NCBI GenBank assembly: GCA_964263725.1
Contig: CAXVWN010000104.1
Span: 766-64,765, forward strand
DNA length: 64,000 nucleotides
Direction of reading: 5' to 3'
Source: Spirosoma sp.
GTDB taxonomy: Bacteria; Bacteroidota; Bacteroidia; Cytophagales; Spirosomataceae
Notes under the pieces: generated by a model
The model's database searches: none
What the model saw: the letters and a program-made list of their open reading frames with translations, nothing else
What the model was told of the DNA's origin: nothing
Program-made: the position numbers and the translations under genes
In this document: one piece after another, positions 9,011-19,182 of the stretch
How the letters are laid out: each line of letters opens with the position of its first letter
Position numbering within the stretch: the stretch's first letter is position 1

Positions 9011-10291
9011 CTATCGATTTGCTTCAGAAAGCCAGTGAAATTGCCTTTCGGCCAGTTGGAAATGCCGATTCTGGCGTTTAAGTGCTACTATAACGGAGTC
9101 ATTACGAATTTTCCCTCTCAATAAAATACGATTGGTATCCGGCATGGCGTAATGCATCGTAAAAAGAGATAATGTATCACTGGCAAACTTTTTGAAGGCC
9201 ATAGTTTTAGTAAGCGAATCGAGCGTATAGCTAAAATATCCCCGGCGGTAGCGTTGCCTGAATAAGGTGTCAGCGGTTTGAATACTACCCGAGTTGTTGG
9301 TCTCGAAAACAACATCTTTCCAGCGTAAGCTATCAACGGTATTTCCCTGAAATTGGTTAACGGTAAAAAAACCGGTAGCCAGTTTCTTCGGAGCCGAACC
9401 CTGATTTGACCCCATTGTCCCTTGGTATGATCCATATAAAGGCATTACCAGAAACAGAGCGACGAAAGCGATTTTCAAAATGATCTGGCTTGCTCGCATC
9501 CATTTTTTGGGCAACGTAAACCGGGGCGACGGCAGCGTTGGCTTGTTGAAAACAAAAAAATTAAGCAGACGTCGGGCATCGCCAAGCAGCAAAAAATTAC
9601 TGCATAAAAATAGGTGGATGGAGAACAGTTTTACGGGAATGTCGTAGCACAGATTCATCATCATCACGTTCAGAAACACGCTCGCAGCGATAAATGCACC
9701 TAGTGTACTGGTTCGGCGATACAACAATAGCAATCCCGCCAACACTTCAGCCGCTCCCGAGAAAAACTGATAAGGTGTTGAATAACCAATAAAATACCAG
9801 GAAAAACGCATGGGCAGTAGATCGCCAAGAGGAGTAGCCAGCGCACTTAATGAAGGAAAAATCATCTGCTGCCCAAACAGTTTGATAATACCGTAAATTG
9901 AAGCGAACATCGCTACATAATACCTCACAAGCACCAGCAGCCAGTAATAAGCCGTATCGTAATTCTTACGTTTATCGAAGATTGTCCAGACTAATGTGCC
10001 CAAAACGGCTGCTAAGAGAAAGAAACATAACTGGGCATATCCGTAAGATGTATCTCCGCTGCCACTCATAGGAACCAGTACATCTTTCACGTGAAAGATG
10101 TGCGTATTTGTAAGATTGACAAGCCAGTTCTCGGCTTTACCATAATACTCACCAATTAAGTTCAGGAAAGGAACATCGCCAAGCCACGCCCAGGGCGACA
10201 TATAGAGTATGAGATAAATACAGAAAAATCGAAATAGTAACTTACGCCACCAGGACCACTGGTCGGCTAAAGGCATATCAGCATGTACCAT
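9011..10291 (-). CDS. DoxX-like multi-pass membrane protein
   Basis: YGIIKLFGQQM...PLGDL.PMRFSWYFIGYS.PYQ.F.G.AEVLAGLLLL.RRT, NLCYDIPVK. Start uncertain. Confidence 0.7.
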   Translation of the reverse strand: MVHADMPLADQWSWWRKLLFRFFCIYLILYMSPWAWLGDVPFLNLIGEYYGKAENWLVNLTNTHIFHVKDVLVPMSGSGDTSYGYAQLCFFLLAAVLGTLVWTIFDKRKNYDTAYYWLLVLVRYYVAMFASIYGIIKLFGQQMIFPSLSALATPLGDLLPMRFSWYFIGYSTPYQFFSGAAEVLAGLLLLYRRTSTLGAFIAASVFLNVMMMNLCYDIPVKLFSIHLFLCSNFLLLGDARRLLNFFVFNKPTLPSPRFTLPKKWMRASQIILKIAFVALFLVMPLYGSYQGTMGSNQGSAPKKLATGFFTVNQFQGNTVDSLRWKDVVFETNNSGSIQTADTLFRQRYRRGYFSYTLDSLTKTMAFKKFASDTLSLFTMHYAMPDTNRILLRGKIRNDSVIVALKRQNRHFQLAERQFHWLSEANR

Positions 10292-10356
10292 AACAAAATA
10301 AGTTGGCTTGAGGAAGGTTGGATGAACTACACTCAAATATAATCGCCAGCCCCTAA

Positions 10357-10830
10357 TTACCCACCTATCAGGCGTTTCGCTCTCAGAAATTCATTTGTCA
10401 TCACTTCTTTTTCCGGGTTCAGTACAACCTGCTTTAGCACTTCGCAGACGAACAATTCATGATCGCCCGCGTCGGTACTGTGCAGCACATTGCATTGTAC
10501 ATAACCAATAGCTTCTGTTAAATACGGACAACCGCGGTTGTCGAGGCTGTAAGGTAAATTCTTAAACTTGTCTTTATTTCGACCGGACTGTTGACCAAGT
10601 TTGCGGATCAGACGAGTTTGATCGGTTGCCAGCAGATTTACGTTTAGCATACCACTTTCCTGTACCAGCTCAACAGTGTAATCGACTTTGTACAAGGCCA
10701 CGGCCAGCACTTTACCGCCCATATCTGTCTGGGTAAGCCACGTTACAATGTTGGCGTTCCGTTTACCATCGGCAGCCGTTGTTATGCTGTGAACATCATA
10801 GTTTTTGTATTTCAGCAGACGTTTGGGCAT
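10357..10830 (-). CDS. Flavin reductase family protein
   Basis: LGQQSGRNKDKF, AGDHELFVCEV. Confidence 0.88.
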   Translation of the reverse strand: MPKRLLKYKNYDVHSITTAADGKRNANIVTWLTQTDMGGKVLAVALYKVDYTVELVQESGMLNVNLLATDQTRLIRKLGQQSGRNKDKFKNLPYSLDNRGCPYLTEAIGYVQCNVLHSTDAGDHELFVCEVLKQVVLNPEKEVMTNEFLRAKRLIGG

Positions 10831-11051
10831 GATACTGTTGTGTGTAGTTCGTTCTGTACAGTTGTGTTTTCAGTTAAACTATACGAATGCAATTCAATAA
10901 ATATCGTGATTAACTTTACACCGAACGAAGCGTTTTACTGTTCTGTTCTTACAGTAGAAACTATCACTACTGACGTAAGCTTACCGCTTACTTTCGTTGC
11001 GACACGGTCTGTCGTTGCGGATTCCGTTTCATTATTTCGCCCTTTTGGTCA

Positions 11052-12296
11052 ATGAAATCCTTCGACATACCTGATTATTACCGCAGCAATATTATTACGC
11101 CCCTGAAAGAATTTCGTCGGAAGCGGGATAAATTGAAGCGGGATTTCACCCCTACTCTGCTCGACTTCGGTCCTATCCGCCTGTTAATTGCCCGGCATTT
11201 TGGGTTTTGTTACGGTGTCGAGAATGCCGTCGAAATTGCCTACAAAGCCATTGCAGAAAATCCGGACAAGCGTATATTTCTGCTCAGTGAGATGATTCAT
11301 AACCCCGATGTCAATGCCGATTTGCAGGATAGAGGGGTGCGATTTATTATGGATACGAGCGGGCAACAACTCATTCCCTGGTCAGAATTAACGCCCGAGG
11401 ACGTCGTTATTATTCCGGCTTTCGGAACGACCCTGGAAACTCAGAATCGATTAGCATCGCTGGGATTAGACGTCGAGAAATACGATACTACCTGCCCATT
11501 CGTCGAAAAAGTTTGGAACAAGGCTGGGCAGATTGGGCAGAAAAATTATACGGTAATCGTACACGGCAAACCGAGCCATGAAGAGACGCGTGCCACATTT
11601 TCACATAGCAAGGAATCAGCGCCGACGGTTGTAGTCAAAGACATGGCCCAAACGCAACAGTTAGCGAAATACATCACGGGCGAATTGCCAGCTGAGCAGT
11701 TTTATACCGAGTTTTTCGGTCAATACTCGATTGGCTTCGAGCCGAACCGCGACTTACAGCGCATTGGTGTTGTGAACCAAACAACCATGCTGGCATCTGA
11801 TACCCAAGGCATTGCCGATTATCTAAAGCAGATAATGGTGCAGAAATATGCACTAACAGATGCTACTGTTGATATCCATTTTGCAAACACTCGCGATACC
11901 CTTTGTTACGCAACCAACGATAATCAGGATGCAACCTATGCGCTATTGAATCATCAGTCCCAACTGGGCCAAGCCGATTTTGCCATTGTGGCCGGTGGTT
12001 ATAATTCCTCTAATACGTCTCACATCGTTGAGCTTTGCGAAGAAAAACTCCCCACTTACTTTATCGAATCAGAGCAGAAAATCCTGTCTGACAAATTAAT
12101 TCGACACTTCAACGGGCATACGAAACAAGAAGTTGTTACAGAGAATTTTATACCAGCCACCAAACCAGTTACCGTATTATTGACTTGTGGAGCCTCTTGT
12201 CCCGACGCCGTTGTGGAAGGAATTATGCTGAAACTTGTCAGTTTTTTCCCCGATTCACGGGCGGTAGAGGACGTAATTCGTGAATTTTCGCAATAA
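11052..12296 (+). CDS. ispH: 4-hydroxy-3-methylbut-2-enyl diphosphate reductase
   Basis: GFCYGVENA, IHNP, DTTCPFV, DTLCYAT, GGYNSSNT, GASCPD. Confidence 0.96.
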   Translation: MKSFDIPDYYRSNIITPLKEFRRKRDKLKRDFTPTLLDFGPIRLLIARHFGFCYGVENAVEIAYKAIAENPDKRIFLLSEMIHNPDVNADLQDRGVRFIMDTSGQQLIPWSELTPEDVVIIPAFGTTLETQNRLASLGLDVEKYDTTCPFVEKVWNKAGQIGQKNYTVIVHGKPSHEETRATFSHSKESAPTVVVKDMAQTQQLAKYITGELPAEQFYTEFFGQYSIGFEPNRDLQRIGVVNQTTMLASDTQGIADYLKQIMVQKYALTDATVDIHFANTRDTLCYATNDNQDATYALLNHQSQLGQADFAIVAGGYNSSNTSHIVELCEEKLPTYFIESEQKILSDKLIRHFNGHTKQEVVTENFIPATKPVTVLLTCGASCPDAVVEGIMLKLVSFFPDSRAVEDVIREFSQ

Positions 12297-12297
12297 G

Positions 12298-14007
12298 CTA
12301 GGGCACTTTTATCACGACCTCTTTGCTCTCGTTATGCAGCCGGTCGAGGGCGGTTACTACATACACATATTTCTTCTTTGGATCGGCAGTTTTGTCCAGG
12401 AAACGTGTGGATGATTCACCCATGCATTGCGCCACTATATACCGAGGGTCATCAATTAATAAGCGCGGATGTCGGCCCTCAAATCGGTAAACAACATACG
12501 AATTAGCACCATCTCCATCCATCGCATCCGCCGATTGCTGCCAGAAGAGTTCGACGCCGTCGGTTGTCATAGCCGCTTTCAAATCGCGGGGTGGCAGGGG
12601 AGGAATACTATCCAGCCATTTCATGGTTGGCACGAGTGCCGGATGCCGATAGAAATTATTTTGCAGTGAATCCCGAATAGCTAGCGGATTGGTTTGTAGA
12701 CTTTTAGCGCTAAAAAATACGCTACCTTGCACAGCCTGCTGTTGCCGATTGTAACGCATCTGTTCCGGAAACTCTGTGGCTCGCCCCCAGCCCGGATCGC
12801 GTTCAGAACCATGCCCAACACGATAAGCGCCCTGCCCAATATAGAGATGGCAGTTACCGCAATTGTGCGTCCACCATTCCACTAATGTTTTATAAGGCAC
12901 CCGCCCAAACTCCGAGCTGAAATAAACCTGGGGAACAATGTAATCAATCAGCCCGTCACGAACCCATTTCCGGGTGTCAGCATAGATGTCATAATATGCT
13001 TGTCCACCATTAGTAGCTGAACCTTCCGGGTCGTTGCTCTTATTTTTCCAAATGCCAAACGGGCTAATACCAAATTTAACCCAAGGTTTATTAGCTCGAA
13101 TAGAGTCCCGAAGTTCGGCAACCAGCTTGTTGACATTGTCACGTCGCCAGTCGGGTTTTTTCATGCCGTTGAAGTTCGCCTGGTACGCACTATCATCACG
13201 TATGATCTGCCCAGGTTCGGCATAAGGATAAAAATAATCGTCGAAATGAATACCATCAACGTCATATTCACGGACAACATTGGCCACAACGCCCGCAATG
13301 TAAGAGCGAACGGCTGGCAGACCGAGGTTAAAAAGTTTTCGCCCACCATACGTCATCATCCATTCTGGTTTACGATAGATGATGTTAGTTGGGGCTACAC
13401 TAGAGGCTTTACTGAACGTGGCCCGGTCGAGGTTAAACCACGCATGAAACTCCAAGCCACGCTGGTGAGCCTGCTCAATCATAAACTCCAGTGGATCATA
13501 AAAAGGATCTGGGGCCAGCCCCTGCTGACCTGTCAACCACTCCGACCAAGGTTCTGAGCTCTTGGCATAAAACGCATCGGCTGCCGACCGAACCTGCACG
13601 ACCACAGCATTAAGGCCCATTTGCTGTTGTTGATCAAACATCGCAATAATCTCACGTTGCTGATCGGCAACGGGCAATCCTTTTTTACTGGGCCAGTCAA
13701 TATTATCGACCGTTGCTATCCATACCGCCCGGAATTCGCGCTTGGGTGGTACCGGTCCGCGTTCGCTTGCTGTCTGGTTGGTGGCTTCATCAAATTCAAG
13801 GGTATCGGCGGAAGGTAGTATAACCGTTGGTTCAACGGGCTTTGGTGCTGGCGGTTTAACAGCGGCCGTTTTCGGCGGAGCCGGAGCTACCGAAACTGGG
13901 CGCATAGGCTTACTAACGGGCTTCTTGGCAGCAACAGGTTTGGCTTGCCGACAGCTGTCATTAAGAAATATGAAAAGAAATAAACTAACGTAAGCAATCA
14001 GACGCAT
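12298..14007 (-). CDS. GHL10 (DUF187/YddW-like) glycoside hydrolase lipoprotein with C-terminal FN3-like domain
   Basis: Lipobox-like DSC; EFRAVWIATVDNIDWPS; YDVDGIHFDDYFYPY; FGISPFGIW; YVVTALDRLHNES. Confidence 0.88.
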   Translation of the reverse strand: MRLIAYVSLFLFIFLNDSCRQAKPVAAKKPVSKPMRPVSVAPAPPKTAAVKPPAPKPVEPTVILPSADTLEFDEATNQTASERGPVPPKREFRAVWIATVDNIDWPSKKGLPVADQQREIIAMFDQQQQMGLNAVVVQVRSAADAFYAKSSEPWSEWLTGQQGLAPDPFYDPLEFMIEQAHQRGLEFHAWFNLDRATFSKASSVAPTNIIYRKPEWMMTYGGRKLFNLGLPAVRSYIAGVVANVVREYDVDGIHFDDYFYPYAEPGQIIRDDSAYQANFNGMKKPDWRRDNVNKLVAELRDSIRANKPWVKFGISPFGIWKNKSNDPEGSATNGGQAYYDIYADTRKWVRDGLIDYIVPQVYFSSEFGRVPYKTLVEWWTHNCGNCHLYIGQGAYRVGHGSERDPGWGRATEFPEQMRYNRQQQAVQGSVFFSAKSLQTNPLAIRDSLQNNFYRHPALVPTMKWLDSIPPLPPRDLKAAMTTDGVELFWQQSADAMDGDGANSYVVYRFEGRHPRLLIDDPRYIVAQCMGESSTRFLDKTADPKKKYVYVVTALDRLHNESKEVVIKVP

Positions 14008-14053
14008 CAGACAGAGCGGGTTAATTGCCAAAAATAGCTATAGTCCGGCACAC

Positions 14054-14215
14054 CTACGATGGTTCGGGAATCGTTTTTTGTCGTTTACCTTCTGACCGAC
14101 AGGCATCGCTGCAATAAATGACATTCGCCCAATCCCGCTCCCATTTCTTGCGCCAGCTAAAAGGTCGGTGACAAACCGGGCAGAGTTTCGTCGGAAGTTC
14201 CGACTTCTTGCGCAT
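14054..14215 (-). CDS. DUF2256 family small Cys-rich protein (53 aa)
   Basis: Below the ORF-track cutoff. [41 protein letters not shown]... matches the LPxKxCxxCxRPFxWRKKW...YCSxxCR signature. Confidence 0.9.
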   Translation of the reverse strand: MRKKSELPTKLCPVCHRPFSWRKKWERDWANVIYCSDACRSEGKRQKTIPEPS

Positions 14216-14261
14216 TTTCATTTACTCAGAACCCTTTGGTACATCAGTAAGTTTAAGCGCC

Positions 14262-14555
14262 ATGAAATCAACCAGCAAAATACAAAACTTAGTAGATAGC
14301 GACATCGACCGCATTGTTGAGATGGCTTGGGAGGATCGCACTCCATTCGAGGCTATCGAAGCGCAATTTGGTTTATCGGAACAAGACGTAATTATGTTAA
14401 TGCGTCAGGAAATAAAACCAGCCTCCTGGCGAAGGTGGCGAGCAAGGGTACAAGGCCGTTCTACCAAACATACAGCCTTATCGGCAGTTGATAACGCCCG
14501 GTTTAAATCGCCCCAGCAACGAGCTATTTCATTGAACAAGATGACCAAACGATAA
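14262..14555 (+). CDS. TIGR03643 / DUF2805 family protein
   Basis: IDRIVEMAWEDRTPFEAI.QFGL.E.DVI.LMR...WR.RV.GR.TKH. Confidence 0.9.
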   Translation: MKSTSKIQNLVDSDIDRIVEMAWEDRTPFEAIEAQFGLSEQDVIMLMRQEIKPASWRRWRARVQGRSTKHTALSAVDNARFKSPQQRAISLNKMTKR

Positions 14556-14728
14556 ATATCCTATTTGGCAACTACTGGAATAAACTTAATTTTGTGCCGC
14601 TTTAAAAGAGGATTAGCATTATTTGTTCTGTATTTTGTAGAAATCCAATAACTTTTAAGAATTTTCTATTTTAAAAGATGGTAAATTTGTACCGTCTTGT
14701 AACTAAGTATTAACAGATTGCTTTATTT

Positions 14729-15199
14729 ATGTCGAGCCAGAAATTAGATCAGATAGATCGCAATGTTTTAGAAATTCTGCAAGCCAACGCCAAAATCACC
14801 AACGCTCAGCTTTCCAAAGAAATTGGCCTTTCTCCCGCACCAACACTTGAACGCGTTAAGAAGCTCGAAACATCGGGCATTATTCAAAGCTACCACGCTC
14901 AGTTAAACCGCGAGAAAATAGGTCTTGGTGTTACAACTTTTGTGATGGTTACTCTGGTGGGTCACAAAAAAGAAACCACGATGTCATTCGTGGAAAAGGT
15001 TAACGAAATTCCGGAAATCATTGAATGCCACCATATTACGGGTTCAGGCGATTTCTTACTTAAAGTTATTGCCAAGGATATTGCCTCGTATCAGGGGCTA
15101 ATGCTGGATGTTATCAACGAAATTGATGAGGTTGCCAGCACGCAAACGATGGTTATTATGTCCACGTTTAAGGAAAGCAAAGTATTACCAATTCCCTGA
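14729..15199 (+). CDS. Lrp/AsnC family transcriptional regulator
   Basis: LDQIDRNVL...IGLSPAPTLERVKKLE; IIECHHITGSGDFLLKV. Confidence 0.93.
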   Translation: MSSQKLDQIDRNVLEILQANAKITNAQLSKEIGLSPAPTLERVKKLETSGIIQSYHAQLNREKIGLGVTTFVMVTLVGHKKETTMSFVEKVNEIPEIIECHHITGSGDFLLKVIAKDIASYQGLMLDVINEIDEVASTQTMVIMSTFKESKVLPIP

Positions 15200-15206
15200 T
15201 AAGAAG

Positions 15207-15257
15207 GGTGTAGGATGTATAATCTATGTTTCCCAACCACATTATACATCCTATACC
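15207..15257. terminator. Bidirectional hairpin between convergent genes
   Basis: 17-bp arms ggtgtaggatgtataat / attatacatcctatacc with one wobble. Confidence 0.6.
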
Positions 15258-16475
15258 TTACTCTTTTCGTTTTCTTCGCTCTTCCCGACGCGATTTCTTA
15301 GCGTCGTCCAGCGCTTTTTTAGCTTCCTTATACTGGCTGGACTTGCGCTCGGCCTTGTCGATCACTTCGTTGAAGTACGATTGAGCCAGGTCATAGTTTT
15401 TTTCCTGAGTCGCAATCTTGGCCAGTCCCATTACCGACGACCAATAATAACCGGCATTAGTAGCATTAGTCTGTTTGGCATAGTCAATGGACTTCTGATA
15501 ATAGATTTTAGCCTCCGGTATATTCTTATAAAACAGGTGGTTAACGTAAGCTAGAATGTAAGCCGCCGTACGACCACTTACGCCCTCATAACCCGCCTGC
15601 GTGCGATCAACTTTCGCCAGAATATCTTTGGAGAGTTTCTCCGCTTCGGCCAGCCGCCCCGTTACAAACGCCGACCGGGCGAAGTATCGCTCAAAAAATG
15701 GATTATCAGGATACTGCTCATTCATGTATTTCGACATTTCGTAAGCCTTATCGTACTGGTTCTCCATGCTATAAATCTGAACCAGAAAATATCTGGCCTC
15801 GACGCGGGTGTAGAAAGCCGAGTTTGCCGTTTTTTCTAATTCCTTAATCCCATTTATTTTATTTCCTTTGGGAAAAAATAGCAGAATTGGCTTTAGCAGC
15901 GGGTAGTTTTCAGGAATCCACTGCGCATAGTAATTGTACATGCCATCGCCAAACAGCAATTCCGGGCTAAAATCAGCATTGCCTTTGCACTTCTCGAAAT
16001 ACTTAAGCGCGTTTTTACCCGCAAACGTTGCCTTCGTCCATTTTTTGCGTTCAGAATACAAACGCCCTTTAAAAGCATAAGCAGCGGCCAGAAAAAATGC
16101 GGGTTCAAGTTTATTTTCGCTGTTGTCATAGAGCCTTTCAGCCATAGCAATGGTCGTGTCCATATAAGCCAGGCATTGCGTGTCATAGTCAGTTATGTCG
16201 GTGTTGGGCACAATTTTCCACCACTCGGCTAGGCCCATCAAAAAGTAAGGCATCGGATGCTTAGGATAGCGCACCCGCAACCAACGAAACTCCTTATCGG
16301 CATCGTAGAATTTATAATTGTACATCTGATTGATGGCCTCCGCCGATTCAATCTGAACGCCGGGGTGCTTTAACAGACCGTCGTATTTTTTATCAAACGC
16401 CGACGGATCGTAAAGTTGGGCCTGGGCTAGAGCCGCCAGACTAATTAGCCATACCGTCAACAGTATCTTCTTCAT
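15258..16475 (-). CDS. Exported TPR-repeat protein
   Basis: Signal peptide (AQAQ); all-helical body with TPR-like Y/A/G periodicity. Confidence 0.75.
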   Translation of the reverse strand: MKKILLTVWLISLAALAQAQLYDPSAFDKKYDGLLKHPGVQIESAEAINQMYNYKFYDADKEFRWLRVRYPKHPMPYFLMGLAEWWKIVPNTDITDYDTQCLAYMDTTIAMAERLYDNSENKLEPAFFLAAAYAFKGRLYSERKKWTKATFAGKNALKYFEKCKGNADFSPELLFGDGMYNYYAQWIPENYPLLKPILLFFPKGNKINGIKELEKTANSAFYTRVEARYFLVQIYSMENQYDKAYEMSKYMNEQYPDNPFFERYFARSAFVTGRLAEAEKLSKDILAKVDRTQAGYEGVSGRTAAYILAYVNHLFYKNIPEAKIYYQKSIDYAKQTNATNAGYYWSSVMGLAKIATQEKNYDLAQSYFNEVIDKAERKSSQYKEAKKALDDAKKSRREERRKRKE

Positions 16476-16604
16476 TCGTTAAAAATAGCTTTGTTAGTAT
16501 ATCAACGTAATCTGGCATCCGTCCGTTTGCCCATGCTTATTTTTCGGTAAAATTTTGCCCACTACTTCACCATCAATGTATCTTTGCGTCCCCAATACAT
16601 CGAT

Positions 16605-17132
16605 ATGATGACGATTAAAGACAAAACGTTTGTCCCGTTTATTCCCGCAGAAGCCATTCAGGAGCGAATTCAGGAATTAGCTAAACAAATCAATCAGGAG
16701 TACGCCGACAAACAGCCGCTAATTGTGGTTGTTCTAAATGGTGCCTTTTTATTCGCTGCCGACTTGGCCAAACACCTGACGATATCCTGCGAAATCACCT
16801 TTATTCGGGTAGCTTCCTACGAAGCAACGGAGTCCAGTGGTCAAATTAAACAGATTCTGGGCCTGAGTGAATCCATCGAAGGTCGCGATCTGATTGTTGT
16901 CGAAGACATCGTCGATACGGGCTTTACATTACACGAAGTATGTAATCAACTCCGGGCTAAAGATCCATCATCGCTTACAATTGCGACGCTGTTATTCAAA
17001 CCAACCGCGCTAAAGGAGAAACTCGATTTGCACTACGTCGGTTTTGAAATTGAAAATCGTTTTGTGTTAGGTTACGGCCTGGATTATGATGGGTTGGGTC
17101 GGAATACACAAGACATTTACGTGTTGGCCTAG
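16605..17132 (+). CDS. hpt: Hypoxanthine phosphoribosyltransferase
   Basis: VLNGAFLFAADL, IVVEDIVDTG, FVLGYGLDY. TATCTTTG promoter element at 16579-16586. Confidence 0.95.
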   Translation: MMTIKDKTFVPFIPAEAIQERIQELAKQINQEYADKQPLIVVVLNGAFLFAADLAKHLTISCEITFIRVASYEATESSGQIKQILGLSESIEGRDLIVVEDIVDTGFTLHEVCNQLRAKDPSSLTIATLLFKPTALKEKLDLHYVGFEIENRFVLGYGLDYDGLGRNTQDIYVLA

Positions 17133-17142
17133 AATCTGGATC

Positions 17143-18363
17143 CTACCGGTCAACTTCGCCCATCACCACATCAATTGACCCAATAATAGCCACTAAATCG
17201 GCTAGCATGGCCCCCCGGCTGATTTCGCTGATAACCGACAGGTTATGAAAGCAGCAAGACCGGGCCTTACAACGTATCGGCACATCCGATTTTCCATCTG
17301 TCCGAAAAAAGAAACCAAGTTCACCTTTGGCGCTTTCGGCGCGGGCATAAAAATCCATTGCTTTCGGCCGGATTTTCTTCGGTACTATAGCTTGGGGATC
17401 ATAGTCTCTGGTCCGCTTATGATCCCCAAGTAGCTGATCCAGACATTGTTCTGTGATCCGGATGGACTCATGACACTCCAACACCCGAACATTGTTCCGG
17501 TCCCAGCAATCGCCAACGGTGCCTACTAATCCTTCACCAATTGGAATGTCAAAATCCAATTCGGGATAAACTGAGTAACCATCCACTCGCCGAAGATCAT
17601 AACGTAGTCCCGAGCCGCGCAACATCGGACCTGTGCAGCCATAATTGATGGCTACAGCCAGAGGTAAAACACCGACATTGGCCGTTCGTTTGATAAAGAT
17701 TTCGTTTTCGATTACCAACTGCTGCAACTCAACCAGCTTGGGTTTGAGATAGGTAATAAATTCGCGGCATCGCTCTTCAAAACCTACCGGAAGATCGTAA
17801 AATAACCCGCCAACCCAAATATAATTATATAGCATTCGGGCCCCACTAACCCATTCCAGGAGTCGCTGAATATGTTCACGATCGCGCATCAGCCACAGAA
17901 AAGCAGTATAAGCACCCATATCGAGGGCATATGTACCAATACCAACAAAGTGAGCCGCAATTCGATTTAGTTCGGCCACTAACACCCGGATGTATTCGGT
18001 ACGCTTGGGAATATCGTTTTGAATTCCCAGCATTTTTTCGACACCCATTACAAACGCGTGTTCGGCGTTCATGGCCGCCAGATAATCGAGTCGATCTACA
18101 AATGGAATTGTCTGATTAAACGGGAGCGACTGGGCATGTTTCTCAAAACAGCGGTGTAGATAACCGAGGTGTGGCACCACATCAACAATAATTTCGCCGT
18201 TTGTAACAACTTCAAGTCGCAGCACGCCATGCGTCGATGGATGTTGGGGACCCATGTTCAGAATCATCTCGCCTTCGCTGAGCATTTCCGGCGTATATAC
18301 ACTCGGTTCCGACGCTCGAAAATGCCCCGGTGCGTATTCGTATTGGATCGTTTGAGTATTCAT
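17143..18363 (-). CDS. nuoD: NADH-quinone oxidoreductase subunit D (stand-alone)
   Basis: LNMGPQHPSTHGVLRL, GYLHRCFEK, DRLDY, GPMLRGSG, GSIDVVMGEVDR. Confidence 0.95.
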   Translation of the reverse strand: MNTQTIQYEYAPGHFRASEPSVYTPEMLSEGEMILNMGPQHPSTHGVLRLEVVTNGEIIVDVVPHLGYLHRCFEKHAQSLPFNQTIPFVDRLDYLAAMNAEHAFVMGVEKMLGIQNDIPKRTEYIRVLVAELNRIAAHFVGIGTYALDMGAYTAFLWLMRDREHIQRLLEWVSGARMLYNYIWVGGLFYDLPVGFEERCREFITYLKPKLVELQQLVIENEIFIKRTANVGVLPLAVAINYGCTGPMLRGSGLRYDLRRVDGYSVYPELDFDIPIGEGLVGTVGDCWDRNNVRVLECHESIRITEQCLDQLLGDHKRTRDYDPQAIVPKKIRPKAMDFYARAESAKGELGFFFRTDGKSDVPIRCKARSCCFHNLSVISEISRGAMLADLVAIIGSIDVVMGEVDR

Positions 18364-18552
18364 TGATTAGCACAACCAGGTTCTGGCTATTATCAGGGCA
18401 AAATCAAACAGCCAGAGTCTGTTTGTGCCATTACAACCTCAAAGGTCGAAAGTCGGCTACCCAATGGCAAACGTTACAGGCTTTTCTGACCTAATTCGCT
18501 ACAAATCATCAGTTTTTCTCAACAAGCTATTGGCTAAGTAAAAGAAATTTCG

Positions 18553-18560
18553 TACCTTTG
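18553..18560 (+). promoter_or_regulatory. -7 promoter element for the rpmG operon
   Basis: TACCTTTG, 30 nt upstream of the rpmG ATG. Confidence 0.7.
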
Positions 18561-18590
18561 CCCTCCTTATCGAGAAAACGAACTTTAGCA

Positions 18591-18776
18591 ATGGCAAAGA
18601 AAGGCGCCAATAGAATCCAGGTTATTCTGGAGTGCACCGAACAGAAAGACAGCGGTGTTCCTGGCATGTCCCGGTACATTACTACGAAAAACCGGAAAAA
18701 TACTCCGGCTCGTATTGAGCGGAAGAAGTACAATCCGTTCCTTAAAAAAGTAACGCTGCACAAAGAAATTAAATAA
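18591..18776 (+). CDS. rpmG: 50S ribosomal protein bL33
   Basis: [17 protein letters not shown]...[34 protein letters not shown]. Confidence 0.97.
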   Translation: MAKKGANRIQVILECTEQKDSGVPGMSRYITTKNRKNTPARIERKKYNPFLKKVTLHKEIK

Positions 18777-18849
18777 GCGGTTGGTGATTATTGGCCAGCG
18801 GTTCAACGAACCACAGCCATTAATCATTTACCTCTAACCACTACGAGAC

Positions 18850-19005
18850 ATGGCAAAAAAGGTAGTTGCAACCCTGAAAACGAAGGATAACGGCAAGGCA
18901 TTTGCCAAGATTATCAAAGCTGTTAAGTCGCCTAAGACTGGCGCTTATACCTTCAAAGAAGAAATGGTCCCGGTTGACGAAGTACAGGCTGCGCTGAAAA
19001 GCTAA
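18850..19005 (+). CDS. DUF4295 protein (Bacteroidota ribosomal protein bL38)
   Basis: Below the ORF-track cutoff. MAKKVVATLKTKDNGKAFAKIIKAVKSPKTGAYTFKEEMV...; classic position between rpmG and ftsY. Confidence 0.92.
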   Translation: MAKKVVATLKTKDNGKAFAKIIKAVKSPKTGAYTFKEEMVPVDEVQAALKS

Positions 19006-19041
19006 GCGTTAGAAAAGTTAGCTTCCTGCACAAAGACATTC

Positions 19042-19079
19042 GTCCCACAGCCGTCAACGGTTCTGTGGGACTTTTTTTT
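19042..19079 (+). terminator. Intrinsic terminator after rpmG-DUF4295
   Basis: gtcccacag...ctgtgggac stem followed by T8. Confidence 0.85.
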
Positions 19080-19182
19080 ATTAAAAAACAGTTAGGTCAG
19101 TTAGTGAGTCAGCCAGTCAGTGAGTAATTATGTAATGTAAAACTGTCTTACTGATAACCGACCAACTCACTGACGCTATCCT

